DNA of 63,939 nucleotides, filler included, from Licmophora abbreviata (Eukaryota), in NCBI GenBank assembly GCA_900291995.1. It is 17 parts of 17 records of this genome, joined end to end, with 100 filler letters (N's around TTAATTAATTAA, not from the genome) between each part and the next. Parts side by side here need not be neighbours in the genome. Positions count along the whole stretch, not along the records: positions 4,355 to 11,552 come from OLMU01004334.1; positions 11,653 to 13,004 come from OLMU01004335.1; positions 13,105 to 17,334 come from OLMU01004336.1; positions 17,435 to 18,687 come from OLMU01004337.1; positions 18,788 to 20,423 come from OLMU01004338.1; positions 20,524 to 31,064 come from OLMU01004339.1; 11 more parts are not named here. One strand, written 5' to 3'. Below the pieces are notes generated by a model. That model ran no database searches. It was not told where the DNA came from and saw only the letters and a list, made by a program, of their open reading frames with translations. Both the position numbers and the translations under genes were made by a program. Positions 11,397 to 23,864 of this stretch are shown in pieces; within the stretch, counting starts at the first letter, position 1; each line of letters starts with the position of its first letter.

Positions 11397-11858
11397 CAAA
11401 CAGTCGCGCGTGCGGGTGTTGGCTGCCTTGTAGGATGCGCACAGGGTTGCAGCTGCCGCAAGGACTCTGTTGCTGACTCTGCTGCTACTTCAGGTGCCAA
11501 TCAAGAAAAGAGGAAGAAACCTGGGAAATTTGGCATGGCCAAGCGAACTATTNNNNNNNNNNNNNNNNNNNNNNNNNNNNNNNNNNNNNNNNNNNNTTAA
11601 TTAATTAANNNNNNNNNNNNNNNNNNNNNNNNNNNNNNNNNNNNNNNNNNNNTCTAATAGAGCGCTACTGTAAGACAATATTGCAGTTTGAAAACACACA
11701 CAAAAAGCATCTATTCACGAGCCAGGAGCCATACTCAGTAGTACTCGGTGTATACTTTGCACGACGACAAGGCTCACGAGTCCAAGCCTCCCCCTCTCAT
11801 AACCTTTTATCATTTGCTAGCTAGCAAGCTTTGCAACGATTCTGCATAGCCACACCAC

Positions 11859-12371
11859 CTATTTCTTCCTTCCCGTCGTGACCTCCGGTTCCTTGCCAGC
11901 ATATTGCGCCAACCAGCCAGCCCCCGCCGAGACTCCCCAAACTCCAAGGACTGCGGCAGCAACCTTTTTGGCATCCGAGGACGAAACGTTTTTGATTCGA
12001 TCGACCACTGCACCCGACTTTTCCGAAAAGGCCTCGAGCACGCCACCAATCTTGGACTTGTCACCCTCCACAGCATCATCGACCGCCTCCTTGGCTTCAT
12101 TGGCCATTTCCGCGACCTTTTCCTGTGCTGCTTGAGCCATCTTGTCTGCTTCAGCCTGCGCCGCCTTCTTGGCCTCGTCGGCAGCATCCATGGCGGCCTG
12201 TTGCATGTCTTGGGCCTGTTTCGTCGCTTCCTCCATTGCTTCGTCCACCGCCTCGGCAGCGGCATCGACAGCAGCCTCCGCTTCTTCGTTTGCCAATGCG
12301 GACGGTATCGTGGTGGCCATTAGCAGCAGCAGGGCCAAGAAAAAGTGCGAGAATCGTATCATGCGAGCCAT
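11859..12371 (-). CDS. Small Ala/Glu-rich (LEA-like helical) protein with signal peptide and C-terminal hydrophobic helix
   Basis: MARMIRFSHFFLALLLLMATTIPSALA signal; AAEAVDEAMEEA repeats; KKVAAAVLGVWGVSAGAGWL TM-like segment. Confidence 0.8.
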   Translation of the reverse strand: MARMIRFSHFFLALLLLMATTIPSALANEEAEAAVDAAAEAVDEAMEEATKQAQDMQQAAMDAADEAKKAAQAEADKMAQAAQEKVAEMANEAKEAVDDAVEGDKSKIGGVLEAFSEKSGAVVDRIKNVSSSDAKKVAAAVLGVWGVSAGAGWLAQYAGKEPEVTTGRKK

Positions 12372-13343
12372 TCTGTTTGGTTGATTTGTTATGTTCTCCG
12401 TTAGAGTGCGATATCGAGTCTTCTGTGTGATTCTGTAGACCGGCGACAACGACGACGACGACGCGACAACAAGAAAGAAGACACTTGCGTGAGTACAGAG
12501 AGGAGTGTTCAAGGTCGGATCTGTCCAGTGAATGCCTCGAAGCTACAGTAGTTGTCAACCGGTCATCTGGCACTGTACCGCGATAGGACTACGGAAAAAC
12601 GCCAGTGCCACGAGACATGACTGCACGCGCAGAGTGTCAAGACGCGAATCTTGGCTTCTCGCCGTCGCCTCTTCTCCTTTTCATCCCTCCTCCCTCTCAC
12701 GACTATCCGCCATGCTCTGTAGTCTCTGCGCTTCCTCCAAAACGGCCAAAATGGATCTCCATGGTCACCAATGATCGCACCTCTTACACGTGTCTAACAA
12801 GATGATGTCTGTTTGGATGGCGGTCGGTGCCCCTCCACGCGGTACGTATGCCCATGGAATCTGGAGTCCGAGTGGTTTCGAGTAGGCAACGAGCGTAGAA
12901 CCAGTACTGGAGTGTACACAAGTTGCACCGTATCTTTGATAGAGCTTGGATCGACTCACTCGACTGAACCACTCGACTGATTCGACTTTCTTGACTGACT
13001 CGACNNNNNNNNNNNNNNNNNNNNNNNNNNNNNNNNNNNNNNNNNNNNTTAATTAATTAANNNNNNNNNNNNNNNNNNNNNNNNNNNNNNNNNNNNNNNN
13101 NNNNATGCATCTCAATGCAGAATCACGTCAAGTACACAAACAACCAAGACAGAATACATACCTTGATTGTATGTGTCGAAGGTGGCCGGCAAGAACAAGA
13201 AAAGCCTAAAAAGACCACCACCGCCGCTGCGGCAGTGAGTGATCATGATCATGATGACAAAAATGGCGCCAGCGGGTGAGTGCGTGGGGGGTTGGCTGGC
13301 TGGAGTGGAGTATAAGAATCTTCGTTGCGGACATAAATGTATT

Positions 13344-13411
13344 GTAATGGGCGCCCATTACTAACATAGGCTTGGAGCGAGGATGCAGGGCCAAAAGTAA
13401 TGGGCGCCCAT
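13344..13411. repeat. Perfect 18-bp palindrome GTAATGGGCGCCCATTAC with a 15-bp second copy 53 bp downstream
   Basis: Copies at 13344-13361 and 13397-13411. Confidence 0.85.
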
Positions 13412-14228
13412 GTTTTACTTAGAGAAAAGCCGTATACCTTAGGTCTAGAGCACGATTGTCATACATTGCGTTCGACAAGATGCGGGATGCTCAGGCGACG
13501 GACATTCGTTTCCCTTGAGAAAGCTCGTAAAGAGATGCTTAACCCTGGGAAAAATGAGCTTGGTTTGAATTCTCATGAATCAACGTCAATAAGGAATCCT
13601 TGTTGCGAGCACCTGGGACAGTGAGTAGCCCTGATGGCTTGTTGACGACAATGAGGTGGTCGTCTTGATGAAGAATGTCAGGCTGGAAAATGGATTTGCC
13701 TGGGAAGATTGCCGTAGCGACGAGCGGAATTCCTCACGAGTCTCATTGTCTTCGACGACCACCACCAAGTCATGACGAGCGACGCGGCCATGTCTACCAA
13801 TTTACCGATTTGGCATGATTTTTTCTCATTTTTCAGACAAAGCGTCTCCCCCAGTAGGACGTAGGGCTCTCTTGTTCGTGTCTTCCATCAGAGGAAAGCA
13901 CAAAAGCATTCAATAATTCAATCAAACCGCTTCTCTGCACAAAACCAATGAGTTGAGACTCATCGTTTGCGATCTGCGATTGTGGCTGATTTGCCAGTAC
14001 AAAAAAATGTCTTATAAGATATCTGAATCGCTAGCAAATGCTAGTGAAAAATACGTCGTTCAAACGTACTCACTTTTGCCGCGTCGCGCGCCCACCATGA
14101 CGCGCAGCATCAGTCTGGAAACACTGACGGTCGCGGCTCGCGGTCCTTCGAGTTCACTTGAATCACAATGGCGGCCGCCGCTTGTTGCCTTGTCACCGCC
14201 TTTTTCTCGTACTCTCTGTCGATCGACC

Positions 14229-15202
14229 ATGTCGGGGGAGGATCCCGAGCCGGCTTGGCTGGATTCCAGCAACGAGTACGTGTCTTCTGCTTGTACTGTA
14301 TTGAGGCGATGGCGATTAGACTAATGTCATTAAATTTCATTTCGCCCATTCTGAATCACAGCGCGCCAGACGACGGCGAGACTGACCTAAGCGAGACAAC
14401 CCCGCTTTTCGGAACAGGCCCGCTACCTTCAGCTGACAATCCCGATGATGTCGAGGCGCCAGCGCTATACGGAAGTGTCGATGAAGAGGAGGAGGCCCTG
14501 CCTGCTGAAAAGGACGAATCGTGGCACGATGACAACGCGCGAAAGGAGACGAAAAAGATATCGAAGCGGGAATCTTTCCAGGATTTCCTCAATCGGCCTC
14601 CAAAGCCATGCTTTCTTCACGTTTTTCATTTTGTCGAGACGATTGCTATCATCGGGTGCTGCTGTCTCTTGGCGACTCAAGTTATCCCATTGTTTATCTT
14701 GCCTGTATCGGAGATCGGTTACCTTCAGCTTGCCTTACGGTACGAGAACTTCCGTGTCGGTCGCCGTATGATAATGTCACTTCTTGCTGACAAAGATGTG
14801 TCGTTGCTGTTCTGATTTACGCATAGTACATACCTCTCGCTTTTTTGTGTCGCTTTCATTCTGGTTGAATGGAACGCGCCGCTTCCCTTCTTGCGGGGCA
14901 GTAGGATCCTTCAGACGTATTTCAGTCGAGGATTCCTTTACACCTTCATTGGTCTGATCGGGATGGAGGAGGCATTCGGAGTCATGGTAGAAGACAAACT
15001 GGCGCATGCCAAGAACCAGTTTACTGTATCATGGGCGTCGCTGTTCATGGAGCTCTCCAGTTGGCTGATCGTTGCCGTCGGTGTAGTGTACTGCTTGTTT
15101 GGACTTTTCTGTCTCCAACCTTTGCGGAAGAAGCTGGCGGACGACTGGCAGGAAAAACTCAGGGCCTATAAAGAGCTCAAAGGATCGGAAAAGACGTCTT
15201 AA
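14229..15202 (+). CDS. COPI-associated/Tvp15-like Golgi membrane protein; exons 14229-14275, 14362-14739, 14827-15202
   Basis: Both GT-AG introns restore frame; four hydrophobic helices; LQTYFSRGFLYTFIGLI motif. Confidence 0.75.
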
Positions 15203-15326
15203 GAAAACACGTCCTTTGGAAAAGAGAGAGAACGAGAGGAACTGCATCTACCCCTTGAGCGAATGAGATAGGAGGAAGTACCGCGGGGTTCTAGAGAAGA
15301 ATGAGGCACTCTAGAGAGTAATGATA

Positions 15327-17084
15327 TTACGTGACAAAGTTTGGGCTTCTCATTCTGTCTCCGCTCGGTCGATACCGTCCCGCGTCCGGATTCCGCCTCT
15401 GCCACTTTCTTCGACGATCCTCCGCCATTTCCTCATGCTTCTTTTCGTTCTCGAAACGCAGGTGACGGCGCTGCTTAGCACGACTGTGAACGCTTCCTCG
15501 GTACCTCATTCCCTGCGTTTGGCGAGCCAAAGTTTGCTTCGTCTGCGTCAATACGGACTTTTCGATCGACTGCGCCAGAGTCGACGCTATGAGGAGCGCA
15601 GTTTTCCTATGCAGCTGTAATTGATCAATTTGATGTGAAACGAACGAAAAATTACATATTGCCGAAACGATAGATGCCACGACACGATGAGTTTGAGCAG
15701 AGGCTAAACGACGCGGAATGAAATTTTACACCAGCACGAAGCTCACCTTTCTCCCTTTCTTAGGCACCACGACTCGAACTCGTATAGAAACAGCATCATC
15801 GTTCCTTTGTGAAACATCAATACGTATCTGGCCGTCGAAATGGCCGCCTTTGAGAGTGGAGTACACCAACGACGACGTGCTTTCGCCCTCGTGCTGCTCG
15901 GTTACCTTCAGGGGCTGTAGACCGAAACGACCCCAGTCACCCATCCTTTTTACAGTCAGCATACCTAGTCGCTTCCGTTCTCTTGTACTACTCTGCAGTA
16001 CAACCGACTTGCGGTCGACAAATTCAGTCAGTCGTCTCGTCGACAGCACCGTCGCAGCAGCATCATAAATCGTGTCGATCACAGCCTCGCGAAGACTCGG
16101 ATCTTCCCCCCCTTCTTCCTTTTCCACCAGGTCATCTTGTTCCTCAGACAAAAACGTGTCTACACGAACGGTCTGCTGTGCTGTTGTAGCTTGCGCTAAG
16201 GCTGATTTTCGATTTAGCTGTGGTTGCGGGGACGGCCAGTTGTCAACGTCAACACACATTGTCTCGACCCATGATGCGATTACTGCAGTCATACAACTCA
16301 CCTTGTGAAACTCAACGCCGTCTGTATCTAAAAAATGCGGTAGATCCTCTAGACTCAGTGCCCCCTTGGTACCCTTTGGCAAGCTTACAAGCTTGCTTTC
16401 AAAGCGCGACGAGTCGATGTATCTATCAACGTAGCTTTGCGGTGGACTCCACACCGTCGTATGACCTTTGGACCACAGACTACGACCAGACGAAATCACA
16501 AACCCAGTTCTAAAACACAAGCGTTGCAAGCAAACGGTTAGCGCAGCAGAAAAATCGAATCGCCGTCGCCCACCACACGCCAACGCATACCTCGGAGCAG
16601 TTGCAACAGTGTACAGAAGAAGCAGCGCCGTCGCGGCGAGAATCGAAAAGAGCTTTGGATTTCGTTTATACGATTGAGTCATCAGAGCCCCCATCGCTCC
16701 AAGGACCTTTAGAATTTTCTGGGGCCACGAGTTGACGACTCTCCCAGCGCCCCCTCCGGCCGCCTCGATGTCCCTTCGGTTGCGTTGGAGCATATCGACG
16801 AGCTCTTGCGGATCCATGTCGTTCGCCTGTGCCACTTTATTCAACGTCCCTTGTGGGTCAGGGGACTGCACGATCGTCTGTTCTAATTGAAGAAGCTGCT
16901 GTCGCTGAGCCTGTGATAGGGGAAGCGGTCCACCGTCGTCGTTTGGGTTTGGCGTCCACGTGGCTTCCATAGCGGCGACCACGGAGGTTCGAAACGTCAC
17001 GCACAACAAGAGCGTTACCAGCAGTTCCAATCGGAATTTTCGATACCCCCTCACGCATCTCCTTCGTTCTCTACTTTGAAGCAT
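15327..17084 (-). CDS. Hypothetical membrane/secretory protein; predicted introns 16510-16590, 16218-16301, 15615-15746; start uncertain
   Basis: Long ORF with signal-like and TM segments; canonical splice sites join it to an Arg-rich last exon (EEMAEDRRRKWQRRNPDAGRYRPSG). Confidence 0.7.
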
Positions 17085-17681
17085 CGTGCGTGGCTGACGA
17101 AGATCAATCGAAGGCCCAACAATACGGTACAGGTGGTTGCCGGCCCGCAGTGCCATTGGTCTTTTGTTGCGGGTTTCGCGGGAAGCTAGTTTCAAGTTTC
17201 AGTTTTGGAGTGACAGGATGATGAGTGATGGCCTCCTCCCTGCGCGCTCCACGTGGAATTACTCTGCAGGACGGACAGACCGTTGCTTCTGCCATCATTT
17301 TATCATTTTGAACTTGTTCGATTGTGAGATTCAANNNNNNNNNNNNNNNNNNNNNNNNNNNNNNNNNNNNNNNNNNNNTTAATTAATTAANNNNNNNNNN
17401 NNNNNNNNNNNNNNNNNNNNNNNNNNNNNNNNNNCTCGACACACTCACTTTGCAGAGATGATGGGGAACCGACGACGGAGGATAGACGCGACTGAGGACA
17501 ACGGGACATAGCAGCGCCTCGACTAGCTTGTGGAGAGGATCCCTACTCATGTGGTGCAGTGTGTCTTAGCTAGCTAGAGATCTTTCCATGTCGACATTCG
17601 TTGTCGTAGCAACGACGTTACCTTAGCTTCGAGCGTCGGCTTCGTCGATTTTACGGAGTAACTGGTAATGAGAGGGCAAGC

Positions 17682-18588
17682 TCAGCCACGAACAAAACCA
17701 CCCTTTCCATTGGGCTTGTCGACACGGATGACCTTCACATTGAAAAGCAGCGTTCTGTCCACTCTAGGATTGTCTAGGACAAAGTTGAGGGCCCGTTGTC
17801 CGCTGAATGTCGATGGTTTCGGGCCCATGCGGTCGTGCGTAGCGTCGTCTTTTGGATACGACAAGGGACCGTAAGGAACAACCACTTGCCGTACACCTCC
17901 TGGCTTCATGTCCACGAATGCTTCTTCCAATCCTTTGACAAGCGCGTTGGAACCAATCACCGTTCGTTCATAATCTATGTCCTTGTCGAATGCACCCCCT
18001 TGCGGCCCGCTGCGGCAGGACAAAGAGAACAGTGGGGTGAGCTGTGAGAGCTCGCTTCATTGCTCCTTGTCGGGTCTCAAGGTCAGCTGCCTAAGTCCAC
18101 GCATTAAAGAAATGAAGGTCAAGCCATGTGACCTGATCAGCTAAGCGCACCTACCCTTTGGCTTGGAACGGTCGTCCAAAGTAGCCAATCGTATAGCCAC
18201 TCCAGTCATACACAACGCGATCTCCCCTCTGTACAGCGCCCTCGCCCTTTCCCAGCTTGACATCGCGATATGACCATCCGTCCTGGGTCTTCGTGAAATC
18301 TTCGTACTCCTGGACGAATTTCGGTGAGTACAGGTCCGTCTCTTCGGCGAGCGCAAGTTCCGGGACAAGCAAGGCTGCGAAGCAAAGTACTCCACTCGAC
18401 AGGAAGGAGCGCCTTGAAGTCAAGTCGAGTGTATCTGCGACAGGTGACATGCGCAACGGCACCCCGGCCGATCCAGTAGTTCTGGGAGTCTTCCTCTGTT
18501 GGTTCACAAGCGCGAGGCATGGCACCGCGAGCATCATGCCGATTATGCCCGATACGGCCATTACAGGGCCGAGGCCGAGACTTCTCAT
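17682..18588 (-). CDS. FKBP19: Plastid thylakoid-lumen FKBP-type PPIase (FKBP19-like); intron 18010-18154
   Basis: Signal peptide plus SRRSFL Tat motif; YDWSGYTIGYFGRPFQAKGGPQGGAF; TFSGQRALNFVL; DRTLLFNV. Confidence 0.88.
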
Positions 18589-19000
18589 CCTTCGAAGCTC
18601 TGGAGGAAAACCGAAATCGAGAATAGGTTAAGGCCAAGGAGGCGTCGGTGACAGAAGCAAAGACGACAGACGGATTTCAAGTTGGCANNNNNNNNNNNNN
18701 NNNNNNNNNNNNNNNNNNNNNNNNNNNNNNNTTAATTAATTAANNNNNNNNNNNNNNNNNNNNNNNNNNNNNNNNNNNNNNNNNNNNATACTGCTCTACG
18801 TGATCTGCCGTACAAACCTACGTGATGACGCACGCGCGTGCGATGGTTCGATCTTTCGAATCTTTCGCGTCACACATCACTGAGAAAACCACTGAAATCG
18901 ATTAGTCTATCGTAGTATACCCATGTCTGTGATGGCATTACAATCGTCAAATTGGAAATACAGGGTCGTTCCGCTGGATACATTGAACGTCACTTGAGCA

Positions 19001-20231
19001 ATGGTCAGCTTCGCCCGTATCCTTGTGATTGCATCATTGACAGCGTCGTCGTCAGCATGGCTTTCATGCCCAAGGCTCGTTTTCCAAGGGAGATCCGGAC
19101 TTTCAACTACTAAATTTCGCGCTGCCCCTTCGAACAAGCGTGACTTCCAGGACGACAGCGAGAGACAGACGCAACATGCTCAGACTACTCGTCGAGATAT
19201 ATTGGGGAGTCTAGTGTTCTTGTCGACGTCTGCTGTCGGGAGCCCTCCTTCGCACGCACTGGTCAAAGGAAACGCCCCTCCGCCAAAGGCGAAGCCTATG
19301 GGCGACAAGCCAAAGTGCACCAACGTCGAAGAGTGTCAGGCCCTGGCTGAAAAGAAACAACAAGAAGAAATAGAGGAAATGGCACAAGGGCCTCCACCGA
19401 AAGTCACTGCGAAAGGCACTCGCTATCTCGATTTCCAGACTGGCAGTGGACAAGTCGTCAAGGACGGAAATGAAGTCGAATTGTTCTACAAAGTGCTGAA
19501 GCTTGGAAAGCGTAGCTATGATGGTCTTAGTGGAGAGGGCACAGTTGTATTTTCAAGAGGTGAGATTGGTGGATTTGGATGCGGATTGGCTGTTGCCCGT
19601 AAATCACTGGCGCTAACGAAGAAGCTACGATGTTGTATGGCCCGATATCTATTTCAATGCAGGCTACGGACTGGAGGATGACGAAAAGGAACCTGGCAAA
19701 AAAACGTTTACGACGACAGTGGGAGCATTCCAAAATATTGCAGCTTTGAATGACGCGGTTGTCGGTATGAATAAGGGCGGCGTAAGGAGGTTTGCCATTC
19801 TTCCGCAACAAGGCTGGGAGCGAGCTACGAGGGTAGGACCCGCTTCTTCGCAAATACGTTTTTGTGTTGGCGATCCTGGATGCTTACGTCAATCTTCACT
19901 CTTTCTAATTTAGGCCTGTGATGGAGGGCCCGGGGGCAGAGGCGCCGGTGGTGACCTCAAAACTGACTAGTAAGGAAGACTTTGTGATTGTTGATTTGAC
20001 GCATTGCCTGACCTCAAGGTCTCACACGTTCGCTTGGAAAAACTCTCCAAACCTTCCTCTGCATGTAGCGTGGTAGTTCCAACAGCCACAATGGTCGCGA
20101 CCGAGGCATGTTTTGACTCGAGTAAGCTGCCTTTCCCGGCTACGTATGCACAACAGAGACGAATGGCTCAGCGCTTTGACCAGAGTTTGATTATGGAGGT
20201 ACAGATCGTAGACGTTCGAACAGGAGCGTAA
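19001..20231 (+). CDS. Plastid (lumenal) FKBP-type PPIase; introns 19560-19662, 19833-19913, 19970-20068
   Basis: Bipartite signal (SSAW), TRRDIL Tat motif, YLDFQTGSG, GMNKGGVRRFAILPQQGW, SLIMEVQIVDVR; all three introns restore frame. Confidence 0.88.
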
Positions 20232-20524
20232 CCTGGGCCCAAGTGTTTGGATGTCGTCTTAGCTAGCTAAAGGAAGCCAACGGGAGTTTCCCACACCAGT
20301 GCCGCTAGAGTAGCTATGATACAAGGTTGCAACAAGGTCTTCATTGAGTGAATGCCGTCGAGAACCTAACTAGCTACGTAGTCGAGTGAGTCAAAGGTCT
20401 CCGATAGATGCTCACTGCACTCANNNNNNNNNNNNNNNNNNNNNNNNNNNNNNNNNNNNNNNNNNNNTTAATTAATTAANNNNNNNNNNNNNNNNNNNNN
20501 NNNNNNNNNNNNNNNNNNNNNNNG

Positions 20525-20713
20525 AGCCAGACTCAGGTCAACAAGGTATATGAACAGGCACTGGAGGCAGGGGGTGTTACGAATGGAGCGCCCGGTGTCC
20601 GGCCAGAGTATTCAGACAAGTACTATGGCGCCTTTTTCATCGACCCTTGCGGCAACAAGCTCGAGGCCGTTTTCTTCGACATGGGTTTCTTCAACTATTG
20701 CAACATACTCTAA
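20525..20713 (+). CDS. Glyoxalase/bleomycin-resistance (VOC) family protein, 3' fragment (5' end lost in the gap); ends in CaaX box
   Basis: Manual translation SQTQVNKVYEQALEAGGVTNGAPGVRPEYSDKYYGAFFIDPCGNKLEAVFFDMGFFNYCNIL*; this frame is absent from the ORF track. Confidence 0.88.
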   Translation, partial: SQTQVNKVYEQALEAGGVTNGAPGVRPEYSDKYYGAFFIDPCGNKLEAVFFDMGFFNYCNIL

Positions 20714-20828
20714 AGCAATTATGAATTTAGTGGTTGGGATGCCTGGGCGCTGAGAAGCTAGAGAAGAGCGGCAGACGTACCTATACATTTTAAATACAAG
20801 GTAATAGCAACACAAAAAATGTCACGAA

Positions 20829-22077
20829 TCACTCGACCTTTCCCCGACGGCCATGTCCAGCAGTGTCACGGGCTTCACCTTCGCCATCACCTATCATCGC
20901 CAGAAGTTTCGTAGCTATGCGTCCAACTAGAGCAAGGTACCATTGCCAATACGAGGGCGTTCCAACTGCTTCTTCTCTGACGTCCTCGCACTTGGAGCGC
21001 CGAGCTCTCAGCGTCGAGTAATTGCGACGCGGCCGACTATTCGACGCCGCTAACGACGCACGCTGCGCCTCGTTCGCCGCCGACGCGACTGGTTTGCGAC
21101 TATTAGAGTCGCCCTGGCCAGGGTCTTGACGACTCAAAGGAGATGAGGCGTCGCGACTCGCACTACTGCCCAAGGCCTTCTTCATGGCTCGTTCCTGTCG
21201 TTTCCGATTGTGCTCTGCCTCCGATTCGGCCCGATCTAGCAACGCATACTCGCGATCAATGGCTTGTCTTTCAGACGAATCATATTCCGACAATAATAAG
21301 CACGCCCGTCTTAAGTCATCACGTGACGAAGGATATGAGCCAAGCAATCGTCTCGCCTTTGCTCGTCGAAAATGCAGTTTCGAAATCATTGTCGGCGCAT
21401 ACTGTGTGTTGCTCGACGGGGTCGCCTTTTCCATTTCATCCAGAGTCATGGTGACAAACTTTTCTGTTTTCCGATACATATTGAGCTGAAGTGTGCACTG
21501 CGCCAGATTGTTCATGACTGGGATAAAAATACAAGACATAAATTGTGATTGATCTGCCGGGGATACCGCATCAGTGGACGAAGGCTTGGCCACAAGGCAC
21601 GTCAAGTACACATCCATTGCAGCGACATAATCCCCTTTTCGGTACAGCGTATTTCCATCTCGTCTTTGTTGCTCTGCCCACTCGAGTCGCTGTGTTGGAG
21701 TCAACATCTCGACCAGCTTGGCAGCCTGTAGCGGCGATGACGACCAAAAGTGGTTGAGAGTAGGATCGAGGACTGACAGAGCACCCAGACGACAGATCCA
21801 TACCGGTAGTGATAGCCTCGCAGTCAGGCAGTTTCCGTTGACTCGACGTACTCACCTGCTGAAATTTGGATTCCATATCGGCTGCCGCCACCTCTCGGCC
21901 GTCAGCTCGTCGTGTACTGCCATCGGGAAGCCGTCGCTGGAGCTCAAATTTGGGCTGCACTGCGTCGTCAGGGTCGGCCAAGGTCTCGAGTGTCTGATTC
22001 ATGGAATTCATCAGATCCGACGTCGTAAAGAAAAGTTTCTTGTCATCGTCGCCTTCTATGTTGGTCATGGTTGTCAT
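20829..22077 (-). CDS. TPR-repeat protein; intron 21726-21855
   Basis: RRDGNTLYRKGDYVAAMDVY, NNLAQCTLQL and KLHFRRAKARRLLG TPR motifs; splicing joins FQQ-AAKLVEML. Confidence 0.88.
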
Positions 22078-22747
22078 GAGTGTGTGCGGATGCTGAGAAC
22101 ACTGTTAGGGAAAGCGATGCGCTCGTCCTGGTCAAATGAAACTTGATGCTCTTGTTGTTCTTGTATCTCATGTTTATGCTCTTGTTGACTTCGGGTGGCG
22201 CGCGTCGACGACTGACTCGACTCACGACCGTGTTGGAGGGCGCGCAAAACGTTGGTGCGGGACAATTTCGAAATTCTGTCAATTGTCTTTGTCATGACAA
22301 TGTCGTATTTCTCCGAACACGTCATCTCCCTTTATGGTGAAATTGCACAGTGGACTTTTGCGCTCGGCCGCAGTCGAACACACATTGTTCATGACCCCTC
22401 TGCGAAAGTGCACCGCCTCACAATCACTCCTTTCCAACAGAGTGGAAGAAAAAGAGCACGACTTGGAATAGATCAAATCGATTCTCAATCAGGTAGAGTA
22501 TCGTCAGGGTGCAATGCGATGAGCGATGAGTTAGTTCGATGAAGCATATTTATTTCTCGTTTTCAGGTCGTCGCCGAAACGAAAAAGATAGATAGACTTC
22601 GGTACACTATTCGCATCGTTTCGTTTCGTTTCGTGTTTTTAGCCACGACGCTTCCCTCACACAATCTCCCCCGTTCTACTCTACTCAATTCAGACGAATT
22701 CTACTCCTATCCCCAGTGTCGTTGGCCAAATCCTAGAAAACTAAGAT

Positions 22748-22969
22748 ATGGGCTGCGGGGCATCAAAAGGAGGCCTGGAGCACGTCGACGACAGTGTTCA
22801 CGTCATGCTAAAGCACGATAAGAAGCTTCAAAAGAAGCGCGGGGAGAAGCCACACGGCTACGTTCCACGAGCGGAACATCCCCTAATGAAGGAGGCACAT
22901 GATCAGCATCAAGTGGCGGAGACCAATGCGGACGATGTGCCTGCCTTGGCGGACAATGGACAGCAATAG
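22748..22969 (+). CDS. Small (73 aa) protein with N-myristoylation/palmitoylation motif
   Basis: MGCGASK N-terminus; compact ORF after a pyrimidine-rich leader. Confidence 0.7.
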   Translation: MGCGASKGGLEHVDDSVHVMLKHDKKLQKKRGEKPHGYVPRAEHPLMKEAHDQHQVAETNADDVPALADNGQQ

Positions 22970-23864
22970 GCAGACCGTTGGAGGAAAGTAGAAGGGGACT
23001 TTCAACTTGGGCGATGAGATGTCGAGAGTGTTTCCCTGGATCGTTTCGACTAGCGCGGCTGCCTACGTGCCTACGGGACGTGGAGGCAACCAGTGATGGG
23101 GCGGATGTCGCTTTTAGTATATTTGTATTTGTGCTTGTTGCTGTTGCTCTCTAGTGAAAGGTGAAAGGCATACATGAGGATGATGAAGGAGGCCGACGAC
23201 AATTTCTTCTTAGGATGCGAAGCGAGATTTTGCTGTTCACCAGGCTGGTTGTTATGACAAAAACTGAAAACTACTAATAGAATGATTGATCGTTGACGTA
23301 ACGTTGGCAGAGATCGCTCGTCGGTACTTCGTACTACAGTAGGTGCATCGCATACCCGGTACCAGATACAACCAGAGTTTGGTTAACCCCAACCCCTGTC
23401 GTCATTGTTGAGCCAGCACCACAGCACCACATATATATTGAATATGCATCTTGAACGCCATTGAGCACGAATCTTGGGAAGCGTTGGCATGTGTGTCACG
23501 CTGGATCGGTCGGATGCACAGACTGTACTGATTCCTCTGTAGCCACAACGTAGACCGCGCCGCAGAATGGGATACTTTTGGCGGGAAACACGTAGAGCCC
23601 AGTACTGAGTCTACGATGACGGGACTGGTATGGTCCACGCACGATCGAATTCAGAATGCTCTCAGGCATCACTCCGTGGAGAACACAGAGAGCAGAAGAT
23701 CCGTGACAACGACGGAGTTGTGTCGTTTACAGCGTTGAGAACGGCCCATTCGAAGCTCAGCAGCCGTTGAGACACGACAAAGGAAGCGGTGTGTGAGTCT
23801 TGCAGAGTCAAGCGGCAAAGAGAGCTCAGACGAGTGGATCGTGCATTCGCAAGAACACACGACA

